In this document: positions 27,867 to 36,504 of the stretch, piece by piece
Position numbering within the stretch: position 1 is the first letter of the stretch
Layout: every line of letters begins with the position of its first letter
Sequence record: OP752703.1
Strand: one strand, 5' to 3'
DNA length: 64,000 bases
Position numbers and translations under genes: made by a program
The notes under the pieces: model-generated
Told to the model about the DNA's origin: nothing
The model's input: the letters and a program-made list of their open reading frames with translations, nothing else
Database searches by the model: none

Positions 27867-28403
27867 TTACTTCCAGTCGATTAGAACACAGGTCTTGTCT
27901 TTGATGCGCAGCCAGATGGCCTTAAAGAATTGCTTGACAGCACCATCAACCTTGGTTTCGCCCAAGTAATACTTTGAACTATAGTACCACGTATTGAACT
28001 CTTCGTCAGTAATTTCTTTCTTGTGAAGCTTATTAGTCCATTCACGATATTCACTTTCGTAAATGTATCGCTTCTTATCATGCCAGATATCAAGACGATA
28101 TACAAGATACTTACTGCCTGCAATCAGTACAGCAGCCACTAGGATCAGCGTGTGTACGAACACGATAGCATGTGCGCGATGTTCTGCACCATAGTAGGCC
28201 GTCATTGCACTCAGATCATACAGGAAGAAGATCGGTGCGAATACAGCATACAGGACAGCGGAGATAACCGCAAGACCTACTAGGTAGAGCAGAGTCAAAC
28301 CCACAATGTGCTTGCCTAGTTCACACACAGTGTTCGGTAGTTGATGCTTGTATTGAATACCGAGGTAATGGCGGATGAACCAGTGATTAGGGTCGATCTT
28401 CAT
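27867..28403 (-). CDS. membrane protein (paralog of next gene)
   Basis: MKI.......R.YLG....P.TVCEL shared with 28403-28891. Confidence 0.75.
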   Translation of the reverse strand: MKIDPNHWFIRHYLGIQYKHQLPNTVCELGKHIVGLTLLYLVGLAVISAVLYAVFAPIFFLYDLSAMTAYYGAEHRAHAIVFVHTLILVAAVLIAGSKYLVYRLDIWHDKKRYIYESEYREWTNKLHKKEITDEEFNTWYYSSKYYLGETKVDGAVKQFFKAIWLRIKDKTCVLIDWK

Positions 28404-28891
28404 TACTTGTCTTCCTTTTCGTCAGTGATGATTACAATAGCACACGACTTGCGGGTTAGTCCAGCCTTTACGTCAGCAACCTTAGTCTTAAAGGATTCAG
28501 GAATGCGATCATAAAGGAATTCGGATGCGATCATACCAAGATACACCACACCAATAGCAATTGCAAGCACTACCAAGCACAGAATGGCAAAGGAACCGAT
28601 TACAGATGGTAGGCCGATCAGAATATCCTGTAGGAATGACGGATCAACACCCGAAATGTAGATTACGCGTAGAGTTTCAGGATCACGCGGCCACATGGGC
28701 ATAGGACCAATGGCGATCAGACTATACAGGGTGGCGATGGTTACATGCAGGATAGCATAGTACAGGATAGTGCGCTTGATGAAACGCCACACTAGATCAC
28801 ACACTGACTGAGGATGCGGGTTGATCCACAGACTATGCTTGTCGTAACCAAGGTAGCGACGGAAGAAGAACGAGTTAGAATTAATTTTCAC
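28403..28891 (-). CDS. membrane protein (paralog of previous gene)
   Basis: MKI......RRYLG....PQSVCDL; 2 TM. Confidence 0.75.
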   Translation of the reverse strand: MKINSNSFFFRRYLGYDKHSLWINPHPQSVCDLVWRFIKRTILYYAILHVTIATLYSLIAIGPMPMWPRDPETLRVIYISGVDPSFLQDILIGLPSVIGSFAILCLVVLAIAIGVVYLGMIASEFLYDRIPESFKTKVADVKAGLTRKSCAIVIITDEKEDK

Positions 28892-28893
28892 GG

Positions 28894-29493
28894 TTAGGTT
28901 CCGAATTTGAGTTTAGAGTCACGATAGAATACATGATCGCCAATCGTAGTGATATAGACCATGCGCTTATTTGCAGTTACCCAATAGGGAGGCTTCTTCA
29001 TTGCTTTCTTTGAATAGTAGTGAGTGGCATCGCCAACCAAACCGTTCAGTTCACCGCGAAGGCCCTTTTCCGCAGCGATACGGGAATCTTCCCATGCCTT
29101 GCGTTCCTGAGCATTATGCAGGGACGGAATATGGTTTGTCAACCACGTCCACGAAAACTGTTTCCGCTGATACACTACACCGCAAACGTCCTTCGGGAAT
29201 GACCGGGTGTTACTCACGTCCATCCGCTTGAAAACGACTTCTGCGACGGCTTCTTTCCCGTCCATATCTTGATCCCCTGCCTCGAAATAGATATTCCGCT
29301 GCAAGCAATCCAGTTCCTTCGGGTCAATCATAACCAGCAATTCATTCGCGCTGGGGATTTCTTCAATGGTTTCCGGCAGTTCGATGTTCTCAGGCAGTGC
29401 TGCCAGAGTTTCGTTCTTCTTAGTGCCATTCCAGAGCGCGAAAGTTGCAATCACCGCTGCTGACAGGATGGCAATCCGACTGGTGTTAGTCAT
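28894..29493 (-). CDS. cell wall hydrolase, SleB/Hydrolase_2 family
   Basis: DCLQRNIYFEA (catalytic Glu), VCGVVYQRKQFSW, GDATHYY, IGDHVFY; N-terminal anchor. Confidence 0.9.
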   Translation of the reverse strand: MTNTSRIAILSAAVIATFALWNGTKKNETLAALPENIELPETIEEIPSANELLVMIDPKELDCLQRNIYFEAGDQDMDGKEAVAEVVFKRMDVSNTRSFPKDVCGVVYQRKQFSWTWLTNHIPSLHNAQERKAWEDSRIAAEKGLRGELNGLVGDATHYYSKKAMKKPPYWVTANKRMVYITTIGDHVFYRDSKLKFGT

Positions 29494-29567
29494 CTTGTTG
29501 CTCCGTAAGTGGTTGGTATGGGTGCCATCATACAGCATCCATACCCGGTGTCAAATGTTTTTAACTC

Positions 29568-29933
29568 TTAAAAATCATTATTTGTTGATGGGATGCGAAC
29601 CGTAAAGCCATCAGAGCTTTCACTGATCTGTTCCCCATCGTAAGGGCCATCAGGCTTGTTATAGCTCAGAGTCACTTCAACAGTATAGTATTCATTATTA
29701 CTGTACCATGAATAGTTGTCGCGGTCACGAACACGAACCGCTACCGCCAAGCGCCTGATAGTCTCTTCCATCATCTTTTCAATGAAAGCTATCTGTGCCT
29801 CAGTGAATGGTGGCGGTGCCTCTTCTACTTCTACAGGCTTCGGTACAATAACTGCACCACGACCGTTATTCATATTCATCCATGGATCGGCGTATTCATC
29901 TAAATCGTCATTGTCCCAATCTAGGTCAGGCAT
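29568..29933 (-). CDS. hypothetical acidic protein
   Basis: Start moved to MPDLDW (GGAG RBS) after sigma70 promoter. Confidence 0.7.
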   Translation of the reverse strand: MPDLDWDNDDLDEYADPWMNMNNGRGAVIVPKPVEVEEAPPPFTEAQIAFIEKMMEETIRRLAVAVRVRDRDNYSWYSNNEYYTVEVTLSYNKPDGPYDGEQISESSDGFTVRIPSTNNDF

Positions 29934-29952
29934 GGTATTCTCCTTTTCAGAA

Positions 29953-29990
29953 ATTATAAACCCCTCCGACTGGATTGTCAAGAGGGGTTT
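29953..29990 (-). promoter_or_regulatory. sigma70 promoter whose -35 lies in a terminator-like loop after tRNA-Arg
   Basis: TTGACA-17-TATAAT; AAACCCCTC/GAGGGGTTT stem. Confidence 0.75.
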
Positions 29991-29996
29991 TTGAAT

Positions 29997-30072
29997 TGGC
30001 GCGCCCGGAGGGATTCGAACCCCCAACCAACAAGGTAGAAGCTTGTTGCTCTATCCATTGAGCTACGGACGC
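29997..30072 (-). tRNA. tRNA-Arg(TCT)
   Basis: Cloverleaf, loop CT-TCT-AC, TTCGAAT, CCA. Confidence 0.95.
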
Positions 30073-30078
30073 ATTGAA

Positions 30079-30264
30079 TTAATTGCTAAGAATAAACTTA
30101 ACCATGGAACCAACGGGAATCACCCACCAGCACCCCATCCATACGAATGAGTAGCTCTTAGCCTTCTGTGTTACGTTATGGTTCAGGTAACACAGCATCA
30201 CAGGGAATGCACCGATTCCCATCATAACAGCACACAGTGCGAATTTAGCGAACTGCAAGTCCAT
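30079..30264 (-). CDS. small membrane protein
   Basis: 2 hydrophobic segments. Confidence 0.6.
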   Translation of the reverse strand: MDLQFAKFALCAVMMGIGAFPVMLCYLNHNVTQKAKSYSFVWMGCWWVIPVGSMVKFILSN

Positions 30265-30463
30265 TGTTATCTTCCAGTAGAATGCGAATGTCAGTCACGT
30301 GATGCCAGTCCCAGCGATCACCATAACCAGAGGTTTTGTTATGAGTATTTACTGCCTCGAAAGCTTCTTCTTCCGTTTCAAACTTCCCCTTAAAGTCATC
30401 CATACCACCTTCGGGGTAATAGTGGTGTCCAGCAAAGAGAAGATACGGCTTTTCAATAGTCAT
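30245..30463 (-). CDS. hypothetical protein
   Basis: YLLFAGHHYYPEGGMDDF, motif typical of small phage proteins. Confidence 0.7.
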   Translation of the reverse strand: MTIEKPYLLFAGHHYYPEGGMDDFKGKFETEEEAFEAVNTHNKTSGYGDRWDWHHVTDIRILLEDNNGLAVR

Positions 30464-30720
30464 TAGTCTCGTCCGGGTAGTTGGTCACGCCATTGTAGAT
30501 AGTAATCGCGGATAATGCAATACTCTTTCAGCAGCTTTTTCTTAACGACTCGTTCATCATAACCAAGGATTAGATGAATCACATCCTTGGCTTCCTGTGA
30601 GAGTGAATCAAACGCCTCCTTACATACACTAAGGATTACATCCCTGTCAAGTCTAGAAGACGTTATGATCGCACAAACACTGATTTCTTCGTTGGTAAGA
30701 ACAACCTTACTGATTTTCAT
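30463..30720 (-). CDS. hypothetical protein
   Basis: Coupled 85 aa. Confidence 0.6.
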   Translation of the reverse strand: MKISKVVLTNEEISVCAIITSSRLDRDVILSVCKEAFDSLSQEAKDVIHLILGYDERVVKKKLLKEYCIIRDYYLQWRDQLPGRD

Positions 30721-31040
30721 TAGAGAGTTGCAGACTCAGTTGTGGATTTGTCTGAAAGATTAACCTTCTCGACCCTGCCATTGTGGAAATACAGGATAGC
30801 ACAGCCTTTGCGACTCCACCACTGTGTAGAGTCGTATTCATACACAGAATGCTTATCAATCTGCGGACTATCATACGGACCATCAGGATAGGAAGGGGAC
30901 CAACGTTCGCCACAACACTCACACCATTCAGAGTGATCCTCAGTGATTTGGTTTAGACGGCTAGCCGCATAATCTTCCGAAGGAGCTTCGATCAACACGT
31001 AAACACCTACTTCATCATTTTCAATGAAGTATCCGGCCAC
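30720..31040 (-). CDS. hypothetical protein with CECCGERW motif
   Basis: IEA.S...A....CECCGERWS. Confidence 0.7.
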   Translation of the reverse strand: MAGYFIENDEVGVYVLIEAPSEDYAASRLNQITEDHSEWCECCGERWSPSYPDGPYDSPQIDKHSVYEYDSTQWWSRKGCAILYFHNGRVEKVNLSDKSTTESATL

Positions 31041-31096
31041 TGTTGTTCTGGCTGAAAGTATACCACTTTAAATCAGGTGGTGTTGCATTTGCTTCT

Positions 31097-31405
31097 TTAA
31101 TTACTGTCACTCTTGACATTGGGAATTACTCCTACGATTTTTGAGGCATCTACGATAAAATATTCATCACGACCATCCATGACAGGATGACCAGCAGTTT
31201 CAGGAACAATTACAGTATCGCCTACTTTTACTGCCGGTGCAACTACATCGCCATTATCTAGTGGCTTGCCCGGACCAACGGCTACGACTTCGCAGCGGGT
31301 CTTATCAACGGGAGCATTAGCTAGGACGATACCGAATTCGCTACGCACTTCATCAACAATGATGGGCTTAACGATGATGTTGTTAAAAAGGGGTTTGATA
31401 TTCAT
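31097..31405 (-). CDS. groES: co-chaperonin GroES (Cpn10)
   Basis: MNIKPLFNNIIVK, GIVL, EVVAVGPGK, VKVGDTVI. Confidence 0.9.
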   Translation of the reverse strand: MNIKPLFNNIIVKPIIVDEVRSEFGIVLANAPVDKTRCEVVAVGPGKPLDNGDVVAPAVKVGDTVIVPETAGHPVMDGRDEYFIVDASKIVGVIPNVKSDSN

Positions 31406-31447
31406 GTGGCTATTATACTTGGTATTTCTGAAAAGTAAAGGGGGATA

Positions 31448-32197
31448 TTACTCCCCCTTTGGTTTCCATTGCTTACGGCGCTTGCTGTTCGTCTTCCACG
31501 AAACCTCTGATCGCTTGGCCGCGACGGGAACATCGTCCCATACAGTGCGGATGTGGCGACGGTTACGCTTGGCACGTCCGAACTTGAACCCGTCTTCATC
31601 TTCGGTGTTGTGGCCTTCGGTCGCACGGAGTTCACCACTCGTCCTTGGGCTACGCGTCCACCACCAGCAGACTTGCTCTAGTTCTTCTTCACCTTGTCCA
31701 CGAACATCACTCACGCGACGTTCTACCTTGTGGAATTCCTTGATCTTAGCAGCGTTCTTCTTGTTGGTCAAACGTGCTTCGGTTTGGGCAGTCCACTTGG
31801 CGGGACGGGACCAGTATCGACCGGTGTAGGGTGGGTGGACGTACTCGGGAGCGCGTGCCACTTCCCTAGCGGTGATGATAGCACCGTAGTTGTTGCGGAT
31901 CAAGAACGGGAACGAACCTTCTACGAATTCGTACTTGCTCTGCCAGTACGTTACGTAAGTGTGCTTCTTCCAATCGTGACGGTACTTGATTCCGGTTTCA
32001 TTCACCAAATCGTACACGGTCAAGTGTTCAGCCCCGATGTAGTAACCGCTGTAACGGCTACGGACCATGCTGAGGATGTAGTTCTTTACCGCGCTGAGGG
32101 AACTGAAATAGACGGGGATTTTGTCGAAGTCATCGTATACGTTGGTGACGCTGTAGGTGTATTCGACGGGTTCGACAATGTGTAGGGTCTTGCTCAT
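31448..32197 (-). CDS. hypothetical protein with basic C-terminus
   Basis: 249 aa; RAKRN...WDD....SWK...R.KQW tail; GGAG RBS. Confidence 0.75.
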   Translation of the reverse strand: MSKTLHIVEPVEYTYSVTNVYDDFDKIPVYFSSLSAVKNYILSMVRSRYSGYYIGAEHLTVYDLVNETGIKYRHDWKKHTYVTYWQSKYEFVEGSFPFLIRNNYGAIITAREVARAPEYVHPPYTGRYWSRPAKWTAQTEARLTNKKNAAKIKEFHKVERRVSDVRGQGEEELEQVCWWWTRSPRTSGELRATEGHNTEDEDGFKFGRAKRNRRHIRTVWDDVPVAAKRSEVSWKTNSKRRKQWKPKGE

Positions 32198-32272
32198 GTT
32201 TAGTCTCCTTTAATTAACCTAAACTAGACATGATGACCTCCTTTATTATTGAATTTGTTCATTAGTTACCTT

Positions 32273-32590
32273 TTAGTATTGATACAACTCTTGGTTGATA
32301 CCCATGACGGTATCATAAATCTGGTCGATGCGAGTGATGTGGTACGGAATCATTGCCATATTGGCTGGCTTCGCTTCCTCATACATCTGGAACACTGGCA
32401 CCTTATCATCAGTTTCCACCTTAATGATAAACGGCTTGTCACGCAATAGTACACGGAACGAGGCAATATAGCAATCATTCCTTAGAAGCTCTGCACTCAT
32501 GGATAAACCAGTGAGATTTAGCCATTCCATGACAAAAATAAGCTTAATGAAGTCTGCACGTTCAGGTGAAGTGGACACTGTAGGGTTCAT
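32273..32590 (-). CDS. hypothetical protein
   Basis: Start moved to MNPTV so it does not overlap tRNA-Ser. Confidence 0.6.
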   Translation of the reverse strand: MNPTVSTSPERADFIKLIFVMEWLNLTGLSMSAELLRNDCYIASFRVLLRDKPFIIKVETDDKVPVFQMYEEAKPANMAMIPYHITRIDQIYDTVMGINQELYQY

Positions 32591-32634
32591 GGGAAGAAGT
32601 ATAAGAGAGGGACAACGATGTGTCAAGAGGAATT

Positions 32635-32725
32635 TGGCGGATACGGAAGGATTCGAACCTTCGGTCCCGGTTAAGGGACGCTCCCTTAGCAAGGGAGTGC
32701 TTTAGGCCACTCAGCCACGTATCCG
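32635..32725 (-). tRNA. tRNA-Ser(GCT)
   Basis: Class II variable arm, loop TT-GCT-AA, G73, CCA. Confidence 0.95.
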
Positions 32726-32732
32726 TAAAAGT

Positions 32733-32809
32733 TGGGGGAGAGTGGGGGAATCGAACCCGCCATACCCGCAGTCACAGTGCAGGACTCTAACCGTTGAGAT
32801 AACTCTCCC
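32733..32809 (-). tRNA. tRNA-His(GTG), G-1 genomically encoded
   Basis: Loop CT-GTG-AC; G-1:C73; CCA. Confidence 0.9.
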
Positions 32810-32907
32810 ATATTATCAAATGCGTGCTTACCATCACACTCGGGTAGCTATCATGGAGCTACTGCCATTTCCCTTGGTTCTGACCCAAGTCTTCATTTGA
32901 TAGTTGT

Positions 32908-32957
32908 TGGAGCCGATAGGGCGGAAGAAGCCTCTTCCGGGCTTTCCCTTAATCGGC
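32908..32957 (-). ncRNA. 50-nt CCA-ended minihelix-like RNA
   Basis: GCCGAT/ATCGGC + U + CCA; internal AGGG/CCCT and CGGAAG/CTTCCG stems. Confidence 0.5.
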
Positions 32958-32965
32958 ATAGAATC

Positions 32966-33041
32966 TGGTGGATCGTGTAGGGTTCGAACCTACGACAATC
33001 GCCTTGTAAGGGCGGCGCTCTACCAACTGAGCTAACGATCC
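32966..33041 (-). tRNA. tRNA-Val(TAC)
   Basis: Loop CT-TAC-AA, CCA. Confidence 0.95.
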
Positions 33042-33053
33042 ATTTTGTGTATG

Positions 33054-33437
33054 TTACCAGCGATTATGCATTTCGTCAACAGTCGGTAGCTCGGTCCAGT
33101 CGGTCGCCCCATCATAGATCGGGGAAATCAGGTCACGAATTACTACCAAGTTTTCTTCGGTGAAATCACCACTACTATAGTTGTCTTCCGTCTTAAGGGA
33201 ACCCATGTACTTGGTTTGCTGGATGATGACGTTTTTAATCTCTAGGTCTAGAGGCTGTTCTGGCTTCAAGCGACTATCCTTAGCATTAATGATAATGGTT
33301 AGATTATCCGCAGGCTTCCATACGTACTTTACCGTATACCACGACCTATCGGTGTAATAGGAATTAGTGGTTTTGGTTCGAGTCAGTTCCGATGGAATCG
33401 ACCCGATAATCTCTAGAAAACGCTGTGAAAGGTGCAT
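33054..33437 (-). CDS. hypothetical protein
   Basis: 127 aa between tRNAs. Confidence 0.65.
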   Translation of the reverse strand: MHLSQRFLEIIGSIPSELTRTKTTNSYYTDRSWYTVKYVWKPADNLTIIINAKDSRLKPEQPLDLEIKNVIIQQTKYMGSLKTEDNYSSGDFTEENLVVIRDLISPIYDGATDWTELPTVDEMHNRW

Positions 33438-33452
33438 ACGTCTCTTCTAAAT

Positions 33453-33528
33453 TGGTGGAGCCTATCGGGATCGAACCGATTACCTTCTGCGTGCAAGGCA
33501 GACGCTCTCCCAAGTGAGCTAAGGCCCC
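33453..33528 (-). tRNA. tRNA-Ala(TGC)
   Basis: G3:U70, loop CT-TGC-AC, CCA. Confidence 0.95.
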
Positions 33529-33536
33529 ATGTTAAA

Positions 33537-33616
33537 TGGACCGGGCGACAGGGGTCGAACCTGCATTTTCATCCATTACCTGAGTCAACGTTCGTAGCGT
33601 TGCTGGTTACACCCGG
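33537..33616 (-). tRNA. non-canonical tRNA-like RNA, D-arm absent, ACG anticodon-like loop
   Basis: 7-bp acceptor + CCA, T-arm TTCGACC, hairpin CAACG-CTACGAA-CGTTG. Confidence 0.6.
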
Positions 33617-33622
33617 AGTATA

Positions 33623-34003
33623 TTACAAAAACTTGTTAAAATCAACTACATCTCTAGGATAAATTTCACCATCTTTAGGATGGGAAGCTCTCTCTACTAG
33701 GAACTTGCGATCTTCCGTGGAGATATTCTCAACAGGAATAGTCACAGTTCGTTTCAGCAAACCGTAAAAGAACGGAGTCTTGATTAAAACGTTGCGTAGC
33801 TTGTACGGCTTATTGCTTCTATTCATGTAATTCTCTAGAAGCTCTACGACTACAACCTTCTTATTAGGAAGTCGCCATGTTGTGGTAACCAAGGCTTTGT
33901 GGTCGAAATAATCGCCACCTGTCCATCTTGTATCACGATCACATGTGGTAGCTTGGTATTTCAGGTAGTCTAGAAAATTTAAACCTTCATCTGATTCAGA
34001 CAT
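33623..34003 (-). CDS. hypothetical protein
   Basis: 126 aa, AAGGA RBS. Confidence 0.65.
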   Translation of the reverse strand: MSESDEGLNFLDYLKYQATTCDRDTRWTGGDYFDHKALVTTTWRLPNKKVVVVELLENYMNRSNKPYKLRNVLIKTPFFYGLLKRTVTIPVENISTEDRKFLVERASHPKDGEIYPRDVVDFNKFL

Positions 34004-34020
34004 AAATTTCCTTTGGGATT

Positions 34021-34097
34021 TGGTTGGACTAGCGGGACTTGAACCTGCGACCTCCCGGTTATCAGCCGGACGCTCTAACCAACTGAGCTATAGTCCA
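34021..34097 (-). tRNA. tRNA-Ile(GAT)
   Basis: Loop CT-GAT-AA, CCA. Confidence 0.95.
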
Positions 34098-34117
34098 TTA
34101 CTTTAATTGTTACTTAT

Positions 34118-34378
34118 TTAGGCGGGTAGAATATTCAGTGTCACCTTACGAGTAAGGATAACAACCGAGTCAGTCCCATCTTCATTGTCGCCGTAGACTT
34201 CAATGATGCCCTTGTTAAGGTCTAGGCATACATCATAGTGCTTATCGGTCGGGAAGTCAAGCCCTTCCTTGAACTGCGCCTGATAGAACATCAGGGCCAT
34301 TGTTTCCAGTTCATCCCAGCCGCCCCATGATTCAATGAATGAGGATTCGATACCTTCGGGAATGATGCGTTCAGACAT
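34118..34378 (-). CDS. hypothetical protein
   Basis: Start moved to MSERII. Confidence 0.7.
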   Translation of the reverse strand: MSERIIPEGIESSFIESWGGWDELETMALMFYQAQFKEGLDFPTDKHYDVCLDLNKGIIEVYGDNEDGTDSVVILTRKVTLNILPA

Positions 34379-34388
34379 TTTTATACCT

Positions 34389-34583
34389 TTATTGTTTAAC
34401 GCACAGGGCATGTGCGTTGATGATTTGATAAGTGTACTTTCGATTCTTCTGTTGCGCAATCCATGCGTTACCGGCTGCTAGGCAACCGGCTTCGCTTTTG
34501 AATCCATCAACATTATGAATGGACGCCGAGCTTTCATAGCTATGGGGCGCAACCAGCATTAGCGTCAGGATCAGAGTATACAT
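34389..34583 (-). CDS. small exported hypothetical protein
   Basis: Hydrophobic N-term, F.S...C..A and C-term C..Q. Confidence 0.65.
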   Translation of the reverse strand: MYTLILTLMLVAPHSYESSASIHNVDGFKSEAGCLAAGNAWIAQQKNRKYTYQIINAHALCVKQ

Positions 34584-34969
34584 TACTTGGCCGGTTCAAA
34601 GGTAGTGGTAGTCTTGCCGTCCTTGGTGGAGCGAATGACGGTGTAGCCTACGATCTTTTCACAGATACGGGTGTTGTGGAGGTTCGATGCAACGAGCGCA
34701 CCGGTTACAGCACCGCCAATACCCCACAGGTCTTGATTTGAGGCGTTTGCAGCACGTGAGCCGCCCTTACCTACCAGATAGCCAGCACCAGCGCCGATAG
34801 CGGCATTCAGGAGCTTGTCAGTGCTAGTCTGCTCACAGGTTTGCTCAATCTTCGGGATACGGGTTTCAATCGTACCATCCGGTAGCTGAGTGGTTTCCGA
34901 GGCGACGGTCTGAGCCGAAGCAAAAGCCGAGACGGACATTAGAGCAACAGCCAGTAGAACGTTCTTCAT
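34583..34969 (-). CDS. exported glycine-zipper protein
   Basis: Signal peptide (ASA), GAGAGYLVG / GGAVTGALVA zipper. Confidence 0.75.
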   Translation of the reverse strand: MKNVLLAVALMSVSAFASAQTVASETTQLPDGTIETRIPKIEQTCEQTSTDKLLNAAIGAGAGYLVGKGGSRAANASNQDLWGIGGAVTGALVASNLHNTRICEKIVGYTVIRSTKDGKTTTTFEPAK

Positions 34970-35035
34970 TTGTTTAGTTTCCTAGTTGGTAGGTGGTTAG
35001 TATAGAGTGGTTTGAAACAGGTGTCAAGCAATTTC

Positions 35036-35551
35036 TTAGTAGACTAGCATTGCCTTTTCAAGGTAGCTTGCCATCTTGGTAAAGTTATTGACGTGTTCCG
35101 AACGGGTCACAGTCTTGTGCTGGTTAATCTTACGGGTTACGCGGCCAATTTCATCGTTCAGTTCGGAGACGCATTCGTCTTCACTCTTGATGTACGGATC
35201 ACCAGACTTGTTGTTCCAGCTATTGACATACAGCATACCAGCTTCCTCTAGGTACTTGTGGCTAGGGAAGTTTGCCCATTCGCCTAGATCGCAGGTTTCA
35301 CTCTTAAAGGAATTCTCCACGACCTTGCCGTTATTAACATACTGCTCAACGCCGAGGCAGCAGAAACCACCCGAGACTGAACTATGTAGCTGGCCATCGT
35401 CCTGAATGTATTCACCAGAGCGCAGAGCCTTTAGCCACTTCTGAGCGCGCTTCTTCGGCATTAGAATGGTGTATCCCTGATCGAATAGGGCAACTTCGAT
35501 CTTCTTATCTTTAAGCATCTTTTCAGCTTGTGCTTTAGTTACAGTCTTCAT
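35036..35551 (-). CDS. conserved phage protein, WLxALRSGEY..GFCCLGV family (copy 1)
   Basis: Clear paralog of 35613-36122. Confidence 0.8.
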   Translation of the reverse strand: MKTVTKAQAEKMLKDKKIEVALFDQGYTILMPKKRAQKWLKALRSGEYIQDDGQLHSSVSGGFCCLGVEQYVNNGKVVENSFKSETCDLGEWANFPSHKYLEEAGMLYVNSWNNKSGDPYIKSEDECVSELNDEIGRVTRKINQHKTVTRSEHVNNFTKMASYLEKAMLVY

Positions 35552-35580
35552 TGTTTTGGTTCCGTTGTTGGAGTAGGTGA

Positions 35581-35609
35581 ATTATAGAGGGTGGTTAGGG
35601 TGGTGTCAA
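35581..35609 (-). promoter_or_regulatory. consensus sigma70 promoter
   Basis: TTGACA-17-TATAAT. Confidence 0.85.
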
Positions 35610-35612
35610 GTC

Positions 35613-36122
35613 TTAGTAGACTAGCATCACTTCTTCAAGGTAATCCGCCATCTTGGCGAAATCGTTAGTATGGAGCTTTACCTTCTTAGTTGCGTACTGG
35701 TTCACCTTCTTCTTAACTTCATAAGTGGAGTCGTTGAGGTTTGCAGTACGACCCTTGCGCAGTGCAGGATTGCCAGTCTTGCAATTGTCTGCGTCAACGA
35801 ACAGATAGCCACGCTCTTGCTGATAGCCAATGGTCGGATAACCGAGGAAGTTGCCGTTCTTATCCTTGTCACTTTTGTAATTGTTTTCTACATAACCATC
35901 ATTATTGCAATACTGCTCAACGCCGAGGCAGCAGAAACCACCAGTCGTCGGATTATGAAGCACCATCGCTGACTGAATATATTCACCAGAGCGCAGTGCG
36001 TCAAGCCAATTCTGTGCAGCTTCCTTCGGCATTAGAATCGTATACTTCTTTTTGAAATACGAACTACTGATGCGACCAGCATCCAGCATGTTCTGAGCTT
36101 CTGTCTTGGTTACAGTCTTCAT
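35613..36122 (-). CDS. conserved phage protein, WLxALRSGEY..GFCCLGV family (copy 2)
   Basis: Start moved to MKTVTK, matching copy 1. Confidence 0.8.
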   Translation of the reverse strand: MKTVTKTEAQNMLDAGRISSSYFKKKYTILMPKEAAQNWLDALRSGEYIQSAMVLHNPTTGGFCCLGVEQYCNNDGYVENNYKSDKDKNGNFLGYPTIGYQQERGYLFVDADNCKTGNPALRKGRTANLNDSTYEVKKKVNQYATKKVKLHTNDFAKMADYLEEVMLVY

Positions 36123-36195
36123 GGGTTTGGTTCCGTTGTTGGAGTAGGTGCCTATAATAAATCGGCCTAGATGCCTTGTCAACCCCTGAAACGAA

Positions 36196-36219
36196 GAAAA
36201 CCACCCGAAGGTGGTTTTC
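36196..36219 (-). terminator. UUCG-loop terminator downstream of tRNA-Asn
   Basis: GAAAACCACC-TTCG-GGTGGTTTTC. Confidence 0.8.
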
Positions 36220-36223
36220 AAAA

Positions 36224-36299
36224 TGGCGGACCTGATAGGATTCGAACCTATGACCCTCGCCTTAACAGGGCGATGCACTAACCGCTGTGCTACAGATCC
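36224..36299 (-). tRNA. tRNA-Asn(GTT)
   Basis: Loop CT-GTT-AA, G73, CCA. Confidence 0.93.
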
Positions 36300-36324
36300 A
36301 TTAAATTATACAAACTATTTAGTA

Positions 36325-36504
36325 TTACTTTTTCTTACGTGTAAACTGCATGTTCTCAGTCCACAGTAGGTACATTGTGATAAGGCTCATGATAGCAGTT
36401 CCACCTACCAAGTCAACCCCTCGCACCCCTTGGAATGCACCGAATAGGAATCCGATGGCACTGATAGGGAGAGTCAGTAGTAAAGCAATGCCCAAACGCT
36501 TCAT
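36325..36504 (-). CDS. small membrane protein
   Basis: Start moved to MKRLG; 2 TM. Confidence 0.65.
   Translation of the reverse strand: MKRLGIALLLTLPISAIGFLFGAFQGVRGVDLVGGTAIMSLITMYLLWTENMQFTRKKK

Noticed and set aside
31266-32185. Long plus-strand ORFs 31266-31829 and 31694-32185, and similar antisense ORFs such as 55745-56230
   Set aside because: Shadow frames of better-supported genes on the opposite strand.
32195-32235. RBS-sequestering hairpin (GTTTAG/CTAAAC) ahead of 31448-32197
   Set aside because: Only 6 AT-rich base pairs; too weak to claim regulation.
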